From NCBI GenBank assembly GCA_965662175.1, contig CBFIGT010000031.1, positions 1-20,934 on the forward strand: DNA of 20,934 nucleotides, in the 5' to 3' direction. This document shows positions 1 through 8,031 of the stretch, in pieces. The stretch's first letter is position 1; the number at the start of each line of letters is the position of its first letter. The position numbers and the translations under genes are program-made. The stretch is from Arcobacter sp. GTDB taxonomy: Bacteria; Campylobacterota; Campylobacteria; Campylobacterales; Arcobacteraceae. The notes beneath the pieces were generated by a model. It saw nothing but the letters and a program-made list of their open reading frames with translations. It made no database searches and was not told the DNA's origin.

Positions 1-15
1 ATTATTGCTACAAAA

Positions 16-117
16 ATGAGTTATAAAACAATGAGTTCAACAACCTGTAAGTTTTGGAACTCTTGTTGTAACCATCCCCGTTATTTAGAGAAAAAAAATT
101 GTTCCAGTTTTGTTCCA
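16..117. repeat. Imperfect palindrome (16-75, core 12-6-12 at 33-62) plus TTGTTCCA direct repeats (99-106, 110-117)
   Basis: GAGTTCAACAAC-CTGTAA-GTTTTGGAACTC has 10/12 symmetric positions, and pairing extends to 16/75 with bulges. The two TTGTTCCA copies are 11 bp apart. Function unknown. Confidence 0.5.
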
Positions 118-212
118 ACTTTAGCAAAGATAGACAAGAACAAGATTATTTAGAATTGTTAGTAAGTTGCTTTTTAAGGTGTTTTGTATTTATTTGCTAA
201 TTATCTAGTAGA

Positions 213-248
213 ATTTACAATCAAGATACCAATATCTTAATTGTAAAT
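213..248 (-). terminator. Hairpin just downstream of fabH, probable terminator
   Basis: ATTTACAATCAAGATA-CCAA-TATCTTAATTGTAAAT forms 16-bp arms. The single mismatch is a G-U pair on the minus strand. It lies 4 nt after the fabH stop; the U-tail is weak. Confidence 0.65.
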
Positions 249-252
249 AGGT

Positions 253-1251
253 TTATTTAACTGGAGAGAATGGGAAAAGTGCAGAACCCCAAGTAAGTCC
301 TGCTCCAAATGCATCAAATAATACATTATCTCCTGCTTTAATTCTTCCTTGCTCATAAGCATAATTCATAGCCATAGGAATAGAAGCAGCTGATGTATTT
401 CCATACTTATCAACAGTTACAACTATTTGTTCATCATTTAATTCTAATGCTTCACCAACAGCTTTTATAATTCTATAATTTGCTTGATGAGGAATAAAAT
501 GTTTAATATCATTTGAAGATAGATTATGTTTTTCTAACATAACTTTTACATCTGATGTTAATGTTTTAACAGCAAGTTTGAAAGTTTCATTTCCTTTCAT
601 TTGAATACAAGCTAGTTTTTGTTCTATAACAGCAGGTGAACATGGATTTTTACTTCCTCCACCTGGAGTCATAATTAGGTGGTCATAATCACCATCACTA
701 GAACAATTAATATCTACTATAGCTTCATCTTTATTATCTGTTTTAGAGATAATTGCAGCACCTGCACCATCACCAAAAATAAAAGCTGTTCCTCTATCTT
801 CATAATTTAAAATAGAAGTGTACTTTTCAGCACCAATGATTAAAACATTTTTTTTCATTCCTGATTCAATAAAGGCTTTCGCAATAGATAATGCATATAC
901 GAATCCTGTACATGCAGCACTTATATCAAATGCTTGTACATCTCTTAACCCTAATTTTGAAGCGATTAAACAAGCAGTTGAGGGCATACATAAATAATCA
1001 GGAGTTACTGTTGCACAAATAATCATATCGATTTCTTGTGTATCAATTCCTGCTCTTTGAATAGCTAATTTAGCTGCATTTGCACCCATATCTGATGGAT
1101 ACTCATTTTCAGCCGCTACTCTTCTCTCTTTTATACCTGTTCTTTTTGTAATCCACTCATCAGACGTATCCATGATTTTTTCAAAATCAGCATTCGTCAT
1201 AATTTTTTCGGGTATGTAAGCACCTATTGATCTAAAAGCTGCATAAGCCAT
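253..1251 (-). CDS. fabH: Beta-ketoacyl-ACP synthase III
   Basis: TSDEWITKRTGI, DISAACTGF (Cys), PHQAN (His), GNTSAAS (Asn), FGAGLTWG; downstream of plsX. Confidence 0.97.
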   Translation of the reverse strand: MAYAAFRSIGAYIPEKIMTNADFEKIMDTSDEWITKRTGIKERRVAAENEYPSDMGANAAKLAIQRAGIDTQEIDMIICATVTPDYLCMPSTACLIASKLGLRDVQAFDISAACTGFVYALSIAKAFIESGMKKNVLIIGAEKYTSILNYEDRGTAFIFGDGAGAAIISKTDNKDEAIVDINCSSDGDYDHLIMTPGGGSKNPCSPAVIEQKLACIQMKGNETFKLAVKTLTSDVKVMLEKHNLSSNDIKHFIPHQANYRIIKAVGEALELNDEQIVVTVDKYGNTSAASIPMAMNYAYEQGRIKAGDNVLFDAFGAGLTWGSALFPFSPVK

Positions 1252-1267
1252 ACTTCGTCCTTAATAA

Positions 1268-2263
1268 TTATCTATATTTTAATAGTTTATTTTCTATATC
1301 TTGCTCAAGTGTTGAACTTGCAGCTATTATAGCTTGATTAATTGCATTTTTTATTGCTTTTGGATTTGATTTTCCATGGGCAATAATTACAGGAGCTTTA
1401 ACTCCAAGTAGTGGAGCTCCACCGTACTCAGCATAATCAACTCTTACTTTTAATGTTTTAAATACTTTTCTCATCAAAACAGCACCTGCTATTGAGATAA
1501 GTGATCGTTTAAGATTTTTCTTTAAAATCTTTCCAATCGTATCAGCAACACCCTCAGCTGTTTTAAGTAATATATTTCCCATAAATCCATCACAAACAAC
1601 AACATCAACTGTTCCATTAAAAATATCGTTACCTTCTACATTTCCAGCAAAATTAGGAACTTTTGCACTAGCTAACATTTCGTAAGCTTGTTTAGTAACC
1701 TCGTTACCTTTAGATTCCTCTTCACCATTACTAAGAAGTCCAATAATTGGATCATCAAGTTTTAATACATCTTGTGCGTAAACTTGACCCATAATCGCAA
1801 ACTCAAATAAGTTTTTAGCATCACAGTCTACATTTGCACCAACATCAAGTACTAAAGTATTTTGATTTTCGCTTGTAGGCATTAATGTTGCAATTGCTGG
1901 ACGACTAACACCTTTGATTCTACCGATTCTAAGTGTTGCCAAAGACATAGAAGCACCTGAATGACCTGCAGATACAACAGCATCAGCTTCGCCATTTTTA
2001 ACAAGCTCAATTGCTTGATAAATAGAACTATCTTTTCTTTTTAGTGCATCAGTTGCGTGATCATGCATAGATATAATATCATTACAATCTAAAATTTCAA
2101 TTCTTCGTAAGTATTCTTGTGGGATGTATTTTAGTATTTCATCTTTTTTACCAACAGCAATTGCTGTAAAAGATGTGTTAGTTCTTAGAGCGGCTATTAG
2201 TCCGTCTATGATAGGTTCGGGACCGAAATCCCCACCCATCGCATCTATTGCTATTCTTAGCAT
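1268..2263 (-). CDS. plsX: Phosphate acyltransferase PlsX
   Basis: [44 protein letters not shown]; rpmF-plsX-fabH context. Confidence 0.97.
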   Translation of the reverse strand: MLRIAIDAMGGDFGPEPIIDGLIAALRTNTSFTAIAVGKKDEILKYIPQEYLRRIEILDCNDIISMHDHATDALKRKDSSIYQAIELVKNGEADAVVSAGHSGASMSLATLRIGRIKGVSRPAIATLMPTSENQNTLVLDVGANVDCDAKNLFEFAIMGQVYAQDVLKLDDPIIGLLSNGEEESKGNEVTKQAYEMLASAKVPNFAGNVEGNDIFNGTVDVVVCDGFMGNILLKTAEGVADTIGKILKKNLKRSLISIAGAVLMRKVFKTLKVRVDYAEYGGAPLLGVKAPVIIAHGKSNPKAIKNAINQAIIAASSTLEQDIENKLLKYR

Positions 2264-2415
2264 TAGTTTTTATATTCGCCAGTATTCGGGTTAACCGTAT
2301 GAGGCATTTTCCAAGTTCCATCACTATCTTTTACAGGTCTTTTAAGTGTAATTTTATAGTGAGTTCTTCTTTTAGCTGCTCTTGAGTGTGATACTCTTCT
2401 CTTAGGTACTGCCAT
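2263..2415 (-). CDS. rpmF: 50S ribosomal protein L32 (50 aa, not in the ORF track)
   Basis: Hand translation gives [59 protein letters not shown] upstream; TAATG overlap with the plsX start. Confidence 0.97.
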   Translation of the reverse strand: MAVPKRRVSHSRAAKRRTHYKITLKRPVKDSDGTWKMPHTVNPNTGEYKN

Positions 2416-2427
2416 AATTTTTCTCCT

Positions 2428-2805
2428 TTAATATTCTTTTTCTATGTCATTTTCATTTTTTAAGCAATCATCACAAATATGATAATCACTTTTAATAGAT
2501 GATAATTCACTTTCGATGATTTCATCAAAATCAACAGTGCTGTTTTCAACTTCAAACACTAATTCTTCTAATTCATCATTTTCATAAACGCCATCAGACA
2601 GTAAAAAATCTAACTCTTCATCTATCTTTATTGCGTAGTCTTTGCCACATCTACAGCATTCTACAACTGTATTTCCTACTAAAGTTGATTTAACTTTAGC
2701 TAATGTTGCCGATATTTTACAAAAAGTACCCTCTAATTTTACTGAATCAAACTCATTGCTGAACTCTTTTTCAGTAAAAGGTAGCTTTTTAAACTCGATT
2801 TTCAT
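2428..2805 (-). CDS. YceD/DUF177-like metal-binding protein
   Basis: CCRC and CDDC pairs, acidic composition, conserved position directly upstream of rpmF. Confidence 0.8.
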   Translation of the reverse strand: MKIEFKKLPFTEKEFSNEFDSVKLEGTFCKISATLAKVKSTLVGNTVVECCRCGKDYAIKIDEELDFLLSDGVYENDELEELVFEVENSTVDFDEIIESELSSIKSDYHICDDCLKNENDIEKEY

Positions 2806-2817
2806 AAAAAAATGTGC

Positions 2818-3231
2818 TTAACAAATTTCTCTATCAGAAAAGAAAAATTTGATTTCATTCGCTGCATTTTCTAAAGAATCAGATCCATGAACTGCATTTG
2901 CATCAATAGAATCAGCAAAATCTGCTCTAATTGTACCAGCAGCAGCTTCTTTAGGGTTAGTAGCACCCATTAATTCTCTATTTTTTGCCATAGCATCAAC
3001 ACCTTCTAAAACTGAAACAACAACTGGTCCAGAAATCATGAATTCCACTAATTCACCATAAAATGGTCTTTCAGCGTGTACTGCATAAAATGCTTCAGCA
3101 TCAGCTTTTGATAATTGAATTTTTCTTGTAGCAGCAATTCTTAGTCCAGCAGATTCAAATCTGTCTAAGATTTTTCCTACAACATTTTTTGCAACAGCAT
3201 CAGGTTTGATGATAGATAACGTTTGTTCCAT
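2818..3231 (-). CDS. ndk: Nucleoside diphosphate kinase (start revised to 3231, [13 protein letters not shown])
   Basis: [43 protein letters not shown] precedes the ATG at 3231; the longer track start runs through a promoter and terminator. Confidence 0.97.
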   Translation of the reverse strand: MEQTLSIIKPDAVAKNVVGKILDRFESAGLRIAATRKIQLSKADAEAFYAVHAERPFYGELVEFMISGPVVVSVLEGVDAMAKNRELMGATNPKEAAAGTIRADFADSIDANAVHGSDSLENAANEIKFFFSDREIC

Positions 3232-3258
3232 GTGATATTTTCCTATTTTAAATTTCAA

Positions 3259-3271
3259 GTCGCGGATTATA
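3259..3271 (-). promoter_or_regulatory. Sigma70 -10 box TATAAT with GC-rich discriminator for the ndk-to-fabH operon
   Basis: Minus strand reads TATAAT-CCGCGAC, with the -10 box about 35 nt upstream of the ndk ATG. Confidence 0.6.
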
Positions 3272-3274
3272 TCT

Positions 3275-3315
3275 AAAAAAATAAAAAAAGGCAAGTAGTT
3301 AAACTACTCACCTTT
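3275..3315 (-). terminator. Intrinsic terminator after the ferredoxin gene
   Basis: Minus strand AAAGGTGAGTAGT-TTA-ACTACTTGCCTTT (two G-U pairs), then a long U tract. Confidence 0.75.
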
Positions 3316-3340
3316 AAAAAAATATTTTTTTAAGTAATTT

Positions 3341-3601
3341 TTAATCTTCTACGCAAGGCTCACCAGCAACTACACCTTCAGTGTCTGGATTTTCTCCCCA
3401 TACAATACAACCCTCAGTTGGACATGCGTCAGCACATGCAGGTGCATCGTGGTGACCTATACATTCAACACATTTGTCTTCATAAACGTAATAAATATCT
3501 TCACCTGTTGGATTCTCATCATTATCTACTATCGCTTCTACTGGACACTCATCTAAACAAGCGTCACAACTTATACATGTATCAGTAATTACTACTGCCA
3601 T
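3341..3601 (-). CDS. fdxA: 2x[4Fe-4S] ferredoxin, FdxA/YfhL type (start revised to 3601)
   Basis: CISCDACLDECP and CVEC-x8-CADACP motifs; AAGGAG RBS before MAVVITD; ndk-adjacent as in Campylobacter jejuni. Confidence 0.9.
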   Translation of the reverse strand: MAVVITDTCISCDACLDECPVEAIVDNDENPTGEDIYYVYEDKCVECIGHHDAPACADACPTEGCIVWGENPDTEGVVAGEPCVED

Positions 3602-3630
3602 ACTTGACTCCTTAATATTAAGTTTAAGAA

Positions 3631-3639
3631 ACTTTAGCA
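3631..3639 (-). promoter_or_regulatory. Possible extended -10 box (TGcTAAAGT) for the ferredoxin gene
   Basis: TGn-TAAAGT about 30 nt upstream of the ATG. AT-rich background limits certainty. Confidence 0.35.
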
Positions 3640-3684
3640 CACAAAATATAAATTTTTCTTTAAAATTAGTTTAATAAAAAAATA

Positions 3685-4842
3685 TTATATTTCTATAAGT
3701 TTTAAAAATTGATTCACTTTATCAACTCTTTCCCATGTAAATTCTTCATTTTCTCTACCAAAATGGCCATAAGTTGAAGTTTTTTTGTATATTGGTCTTA
3801 AAAGGTTTAACTCTTTTATAATACCATTTGGAGATAAATCAAATAGTTCTGTAATTACATTTTCTATTTTTTTATTTGAATATTTTGAGCTATTGTGTGT
3901 ATCTACCATAATTGATATTGGTTTTTTAATATTTATTGCATAAGATAGTTGTATGGTTACTTTATCACATATTTTTGCTGCTACTAAATTTTTGGCTATG
4001 TATCTACACATATATGCACCACTTCTATCAACTTTTGTTGGGTCTTTTCCTGAAAAAGCACCACCGCCATGGGGACAAGCACCACCATAAGTATCAACTA
4101 TAATTTTTCGTCCGGTTAGTCCAGCATCAGCTTGAGGCCCACCAATTACAAATCTTCCTGTTGGATTAATATGATAAATTGTATTTTCATCTAAAAGTTC
4201 TTTTGGTATTACCTCTTTTATTACATCATCAATAATATCATTTATTAATATCTCTTGGGATACTGTTTCTTTATGTTGAGCTGATATTACAACTGTGTGT
4301 ACTCGTTTTGGTAAATCATTTTCATACTCAATAGTAAGCTGTGCTTTTCCATCAGGTCTTAAATAAGGTAGTGTTCCATTTTTTCTTACTTCAGATAATT
4401 TGGCTGTTAGTTTGTGTGCTAAAGAAATTGCAAGGGGCATAAACTCTTTTGTTTCATTACAAGCATAACCAAACATCATACCTTGATCACTAGCTGTTAA
4501 GTTTTCATTTGTATTATTCATAAAAGTTGTTATATCACTACTTTGTTCACCAATAGCACTCATAATACCAGCACTTCTATAATCAAAGCCAAAAGATGAA
4601 TCTGTATATCCAATCTCCCTAATAACATCTCTTGCTATATCTTGAATTGGTGCATAAACATCTGTTTTAATTTCACCTGTAATTAGACATAAACCATTAC
4701 TAATTACTGTTTCACAAGCAACCCTAGCATTTTTATCACGTTCAATAATATAATCTAATATTGCATCACTTATTTGGTCAGCAATTTTATCTGAGTGACC
4801 CTCAGTTACACTTTCACTTGTAAATAAATATGAGTTGTTCAT
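3685..4842 (-). CDS. metK: S-adenosylmethionine synthetase (divergent signature motifs)
   Basis: LFTSESVTEGH, DQGMMFGYA, RPDGK, INPTGRFVIGGP, GLTGRKIIVDTYGG, GGGAFSGKDPTKVDRS, YGHFGR. Confidence 0.93.
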   Translation of the reverse strand: MNNSYLFTSESVTEGHSDKIADQISDAILDYIIERDKNARVACETVISNGLCLITGEIKTDVYAPIQDIARDVIREIGYTDSSFGFDYRSAGIMSAIGEQSSDITTFMNNTNENLTASDQGMMFGYACNETKEFMPLAISLAHKLTAKLSEVRKNGTLPYLRPDGKAQLTIEYENDLPKRVHTVVISAQHKETVSQEILINDIIDDVIKEVIPKELLDENTIYHINPTGRFVIGGPQADAGLTGRKIIVDTYGGACPHGGGAFSGKDPTKVDRSGAYMCRYIAKNLVAAKICDKVTIQLSYAINIKKPISIMVDTHNSSKYSNKKIENVITELFDLSPNGIIKELNLLRPIYKKTSTYGHFGRENEEFTWERVDKVNQFLKLIEI

Positions 4843-4856
4843 AAAATATAGCCTTA

Positions 4857-4873
4857 AGGATAATTTTTATCCT
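4857..4873. promoter_or_regulatory. Perfect 7-3-7 palindrome resembling a Fur-family box
   Basis: AGGATAA-TTT-TTATCCT. The core GGATAATTTTTATCC matches TGATAATnATTATCA at 11/14 positions; it lies in the divergent metK/ahpC intergenic region. Confidence 0.45.
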
Positions 4874-4941
4874 AAAATAAAATTTGTCTTAAATTTTAAA
4901 TTAAAGATGAATTTTGTTGTTTTGTTTTAGTAAACCTATTA

Positions 4942-4947
4942 TATAAT
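4942..4947 (+). promoter_or_regulatory. Probable -10 box of ahpC
   Basis: TATAAT 32 nt upstream of the ATG; AAGGA RBS at 4968-4972. Confidence 0.5.
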
Positions 4948-4979
4948 TACACAACTTAAAAATTTAAAAGGATTAAATA

Positions 4980-5576
4980 ATGTTAGTAACAAAAAAAGCT
5001 CCAGATTTTACAGCAACAGCTGTATTAGCAAACGGTCAAATTGTAGAGGATTTTAATTTATATGAGAATATTGGTGAAAAAGGTGCGGTATTATTTTTCT
5101 ACCCATTAGATTTTACTTTTGTATGTCCATCAGAAATTATTGCTTTCTCAAAAAGAATTGAAGATTTCGAATCTAGAGGAGTTTCTGTAATTGGTGTTTC
5201 TGTTGATTCACAATTCTCACACTTCGCTTGGAGAGAAACAGCAGTTGAAAATGGTGGAATTGGAAGAGTTAAATATCCATTAGTTGCTGATTTAAGTAAA
5301 TCTATTTCAAGAGACTATGATGTATTATTTGGAGATGCTGTTGCATTAAGAGGTTCTTTCTTAATTGATGCTGATGGTACTGTTAGACATGCTGTTATCA
5401 ATGACTTACCATTAGGAAGAAACATCGATGAAATGATTAGAATGGTTGATACTATGTTATTTACAAATGAGCATGGTGAAGTTTGTCCTGCTGGTTGGGC
5501 AAAAGGTGATGAAGGTATGAAAGCATCAACTGAAGGTGTTGCTGAGTATTTAGCTAAAAATGAAGGTAAATTATAA
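4980..5576 (+). CDS. ahpC: Typical 2-Cys peroxiredoxin (alkyl hydroperoxide reductase C)
   Basis: FFYPLDFTFVCPSEI (peroxidatic Cys) and GEVCPAGW (resolving Cys). Confidence 0.97.
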   Translation: MLVTKKAPDFTATAVLANGQIVEDFNLYENIGEKGAVLFFYPLDFTFVCPSEIIAFSKRIEDFESRGVSVIGVSVDSQFSHFAWRETAVENGGIGRVKYPLVADLSKSISRDYDVLFGDAVALRGSFLIDADGTVRHAVINDLPLGRNIDEMIRMVDTMLFTNEHGEVCPAGWAKGDEGMKASTEGVAEYLAKNEGKL

Positions 5577-5599
5577 TATTTACTTTTAAAAGAGTATTT

Positions 5600-5628
5600 A
5601 AAGGTGCTATTTTATAGCACCTTTTTTT
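5600..5628 (+). terminator. Intrinsic terminator of ahpC
   Basis: AAAGGTGCTAT-TTT-ATAGCACCTTT perfect stem ending in a T7 run. Confidence 0.85.
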
Positions 5629-5669
5629 ATGTCTAAAAAACTAAAAAAACCATCAATTAAGATAAAGAT

Positions 5670-5698
5670 TTGACAATTTAGGAAATAAAGACTAAAAT
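5670..5698 (+). promoter_or_regulatory. Sigma70 promoter of rho
   Basis: TTGACA (5670-5675), 17-nt spacer, TAAAAT (5693-5698). Confidence 0.7.
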
Positions 5699-5776
5699 AT
5701 CGCTACTTTAAATTCTAGTAAACAGAATTAACTACAAAAAAATCACTAAAAGCAAATGACAAAGGTCTAATTATAT

Positions 5777-7120
5777 ATGGAAGAGACGAAAACTCAAACG
5801 AAAAAGACTACTTCTTCTAAGTCTACTACAAATGGAAGAAAAACAAGAACCCACGTCCCAGTTGAGGGGCATACTATTGAAAAACTTAGAGAACTACCTT
5901 TAGAAGACTTACTTCAAATAGCAAAAAAACTAGATGTTGAAAATCCTCAAGAACTTAAACGTCAAGAACTTATGTTCTCAATCTTAAAATCACAAATCGA
6001 TGCAGGTGGATTTATTCTATTTACAGGTATTTTAGAGATAAAAGAGGGTGGATTTGGTTTTTTAAGAGCAATTGATGGAAATTTTTCCGATACTTCAAAT
6101 GACTCTTATGTAAGTGCAACACAAATTAGAAAATTTGCACTAAGAACTGGAGATATTGTTACAGGACAAGTGCGACCTCCAAATAAAGAGAGTGAAAAAT
6201 ATTATGCTTTATTAAAAATCGAAGCAATTAATTATCTACCAATTCATGAATCAAAAAATAGACCTTTATTTGATAACTTAACACCTCTTTACTCAACAGA
6301 AAGATTTAAATTTGAGTATGATTCTTCAAAAATGACAGGAAGAATTTTAGACCTTTTTTCACCAATGGGTAAAGGTCAAAGAGGATTAATTGTAGCACCT
6401 CCAAAAACAGGTAAAACAGAGTTACTAAAAGAGTTAGCCCATGGAATTTCAAGAAATCATCCAGAAGCACACTTAATGGTACTTTTAATAGATGAAAGAC
6501 CTGAAGAGGTAACTGATATGCAAAGATCTGTAAAGGGTGAAGTTTATTCATCTACTTTTGATTTACCTGCTCATAACCATGTAAGAGTTGCTGAAATTGT
6601 TATTGAAAAAGCAAAAAGACTTGTGGAGATGAAAAAAGATGTAGTTATTTTACTAGACTCTATCACAAGATTAGCCCGAGCATACAATACAGTAACACCA
6701 TCATCTGGAAAAGTACTTTCAGGTGGAGTTGATGCAAATGCTTTACATAAACCAAAAAGATTTTTTGGAGCTGCTAGAAATATTGAAGAGGGTGGAAGTT
6801 TAACTATTATATCTACTGCTCTTATTGAAACTGGTTCAAAAATGGATGAAGTTATTTTTGAAGAGTTCAAAGGAACTGGTAACTCAGAGGTAGTATTAAG
6901 TAGGGATGCTGCAAACAAAAGAGTTTACCCAGCTGTTGATATTATTAAATCAGGTACTAGAAAAGAAGAGTTACTTCTTACTCCTGAAATCTTACAAAAA
7001 ACATGGATTTTAAGAAATGCTATAGCTTCAATGGATGAAGTTGAAGCTTTAAAATTCTTATACTCAAAAATGCAAAAAACTAAAAACAATGAAGAGTTTT
7101 TTGCTGGAATGAATGAATAA
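5777..7120 (+). CDS. rho: Transcription termination factor Rho
   Basis: [23 protein letters not shown] (Walker A), [37 protein letters not shown]. Confidence 0.98.
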   Translation: MEETKTQTKKTTSSKSTTNGRKTRTHVPVEGHTIEKLRELPLEDLLQIAKKLDVENPQELKRQELMFSILKSQIDAGGFILFTGILEIKEGGFGFLRAIDGNFSDTSNDSYVSATQIRKFALRTGDIVTGQVRPPNKESEKYYALLKIEAINYLPIHESKNRPLFDNLTPLYSTERFKFEYDSSKMTGRILDLFSPMGKGQRGLIVAPPKTGKTELLKELAHGISRNHPEAHLMVLLIDERPEEVTDMQRSVKGEVYSSTFDLPAHNHVRVAEIVIEKAKRLVEMKKDVVILLDSITRLARAYNTVTPSSGKVLSGGVDANALHKPKRFFGAARNIEEGGSLTIISTALIETGSKMDEVIFEEFKGTGNSEVVLSRDAANKRVYPAVDIIKSGTRKEELLLTPEILQKTWILRNAIASMDEVEALKFLYSKMQKTKNNEEFFAGMNE

Positions 7121-7133
7121 TCTACTATAAAGC

Positions 7134-7172
7134 AAAAGAAATGAATAAGCTTATAAATTATTCATTTCTTTT
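7134..7172 (+). terminator. Hairpin after rho, probable terminator
   Basis: AAAAGAAATGAATAA-(9 nt)-TTATTCATTTCTTTT, a perfect but AT-rich 15-bp stem. Confidence 0.65.
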
Positions 7173-7248
7173 AATCTCTACAAATTTCCCTAACTCTTCA
7201 ATTTAATCAGATAATCTTTTTTTACTAATGATTTTATATAAAAATTTA

Positions 7249-7257
7249 TGTTAAAAT
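7249..7257 (+). promoter_or_regulatory. Extended -10 box (TGtTAAAAT) for the murI-dnaX operon
   Basis: TGn-TAAAAT 27 nt upstream of the murI TTG start. Confidence 0.5.
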
Positions 7258-7284
7258 AATCCCTTATTATTAAAAAGGTAAAAA

Positions 7285-8031
7285 TTGAGAGTAGGCGTAT
7301 TTGATTCAGGAATTGGTGGATTAACTGTTGTTAAATCACTTCTTGAGTATAAACTTTTTGAAGAGATTATATATTATGGTGACACAGCACGTGTACCTTA
7401 TGGTGGAAAAGACAAAAATACAATTATAAGATACTCACTTGAAGCCTTAGAGTTTTTTAAAAACTTCGAAATTGATATGTTAATTGTAGCTTGTAATACA
7501 GCTTCAGCTTTTGCAATAAGTGAGCTAAAAGAGGTTACAGATATACCAATAGTTGGTGTAATAAAACCAGGGGTTTTAGCCTTAAAACAAAAAGATATTG
7601 ATAAAAATTCAAATATTTTAGTAATTGCAACAAAGGGTACAATTTTTTCAAATAGATATCAAGATGAGCTTAGAATTGAGGGATATAAAAATATAACTTC
7701 AATTCAGACAGGACTTTTAGTTCCTATTGTTGAAGAGGGAATTTTTGAAGGTCCTGTTTTAAACTCTACTTTTGATTACTATTTTAAAGATATTAAAAAT
7801 ATAGATGCAGTTATTTTAGGTTGTACCCATTTTCCTTTGATACAAAATGAGATTTCAAAATATTTAGGAAATTGCAAAACTATTCACTCAGGGGAAGCAA
7901 TTGTTCAGTTTTTAAAAGATGAACATAAATGTGATAAAAATTTTGATAAAACAAAGGTTTCATTTTTTGCCTCTTCTAATCCAGAAGGGCTTAAAGATGT
8001 AGCTAAAAATTGGCTAGGAGATTTAATTTAA
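7285..8031 (+). CDS. murI: Glutamate racemase (TTG start)
   Basis: GVFDSGIGGLTV, DTARVPYG, VACNTAS, ILGCTHFP. Confidence 0.97.
   Translation: MRVGVFDSGIGGLTVVKSLLEYKLFEEIIYYGDTARVPYGGKDKNTIIRYSLEALEFFKNFEIDMLIVACNTASAFAISELKEVTDIPIVGVIKPGVLALKQKDIDKNSNILVIATKGTIFSNRYQDELRIEGYKNITSIQTGLLVPIVEEGIFEGPVLNSTFDYYFKDIKNIDAVILGCTHFPLIQNEISKYLGNCKTIHSGEAIVQFLKDEHKCDKNFDKTKVSFFASSNPEGLKDVAKNWLGDLI

Noticed and set aside
54..70. Sigma54-like TTGGAAC-N5-TTGT
   Set aside because: The near-invariant -12 GC is GT, and no gene follows on that strand.
1..75. Minus-strand mini-ORF MVTTRVPKLTGC-TGA as a possible selenopeptide
   Set aside because: The GGGG abuts the ATG, there is no evident SECIS, and it is too short to support.
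51..86. GTTTTGGAAC resembling the end of a type II CRISPR repeat
   Set aside because: Only about 10 nt match, single copy, no spacers or cas genes.
1..153. Open + frame with a Cys-rich peptide (..MSSTTCKFWNSCCNHPRYLEKKNCSSF..)
   Set aside because: No RBS or recognisable family, and it runs through a palindrome and repeats. It could be the tail of an upstream gene, but that cannot be supported here.
3232..3294. Track N-terminal extension of ndk (likewise fdxA 3602-3640 and dnaX 8010-8030)
   Set aside because: The downstream ATGs have proper RBSs and match family N-termini.
6306..6918. Antisense ORFs of 81 and 115 aa
   Set aside because: Shadows of rho with no motifs.
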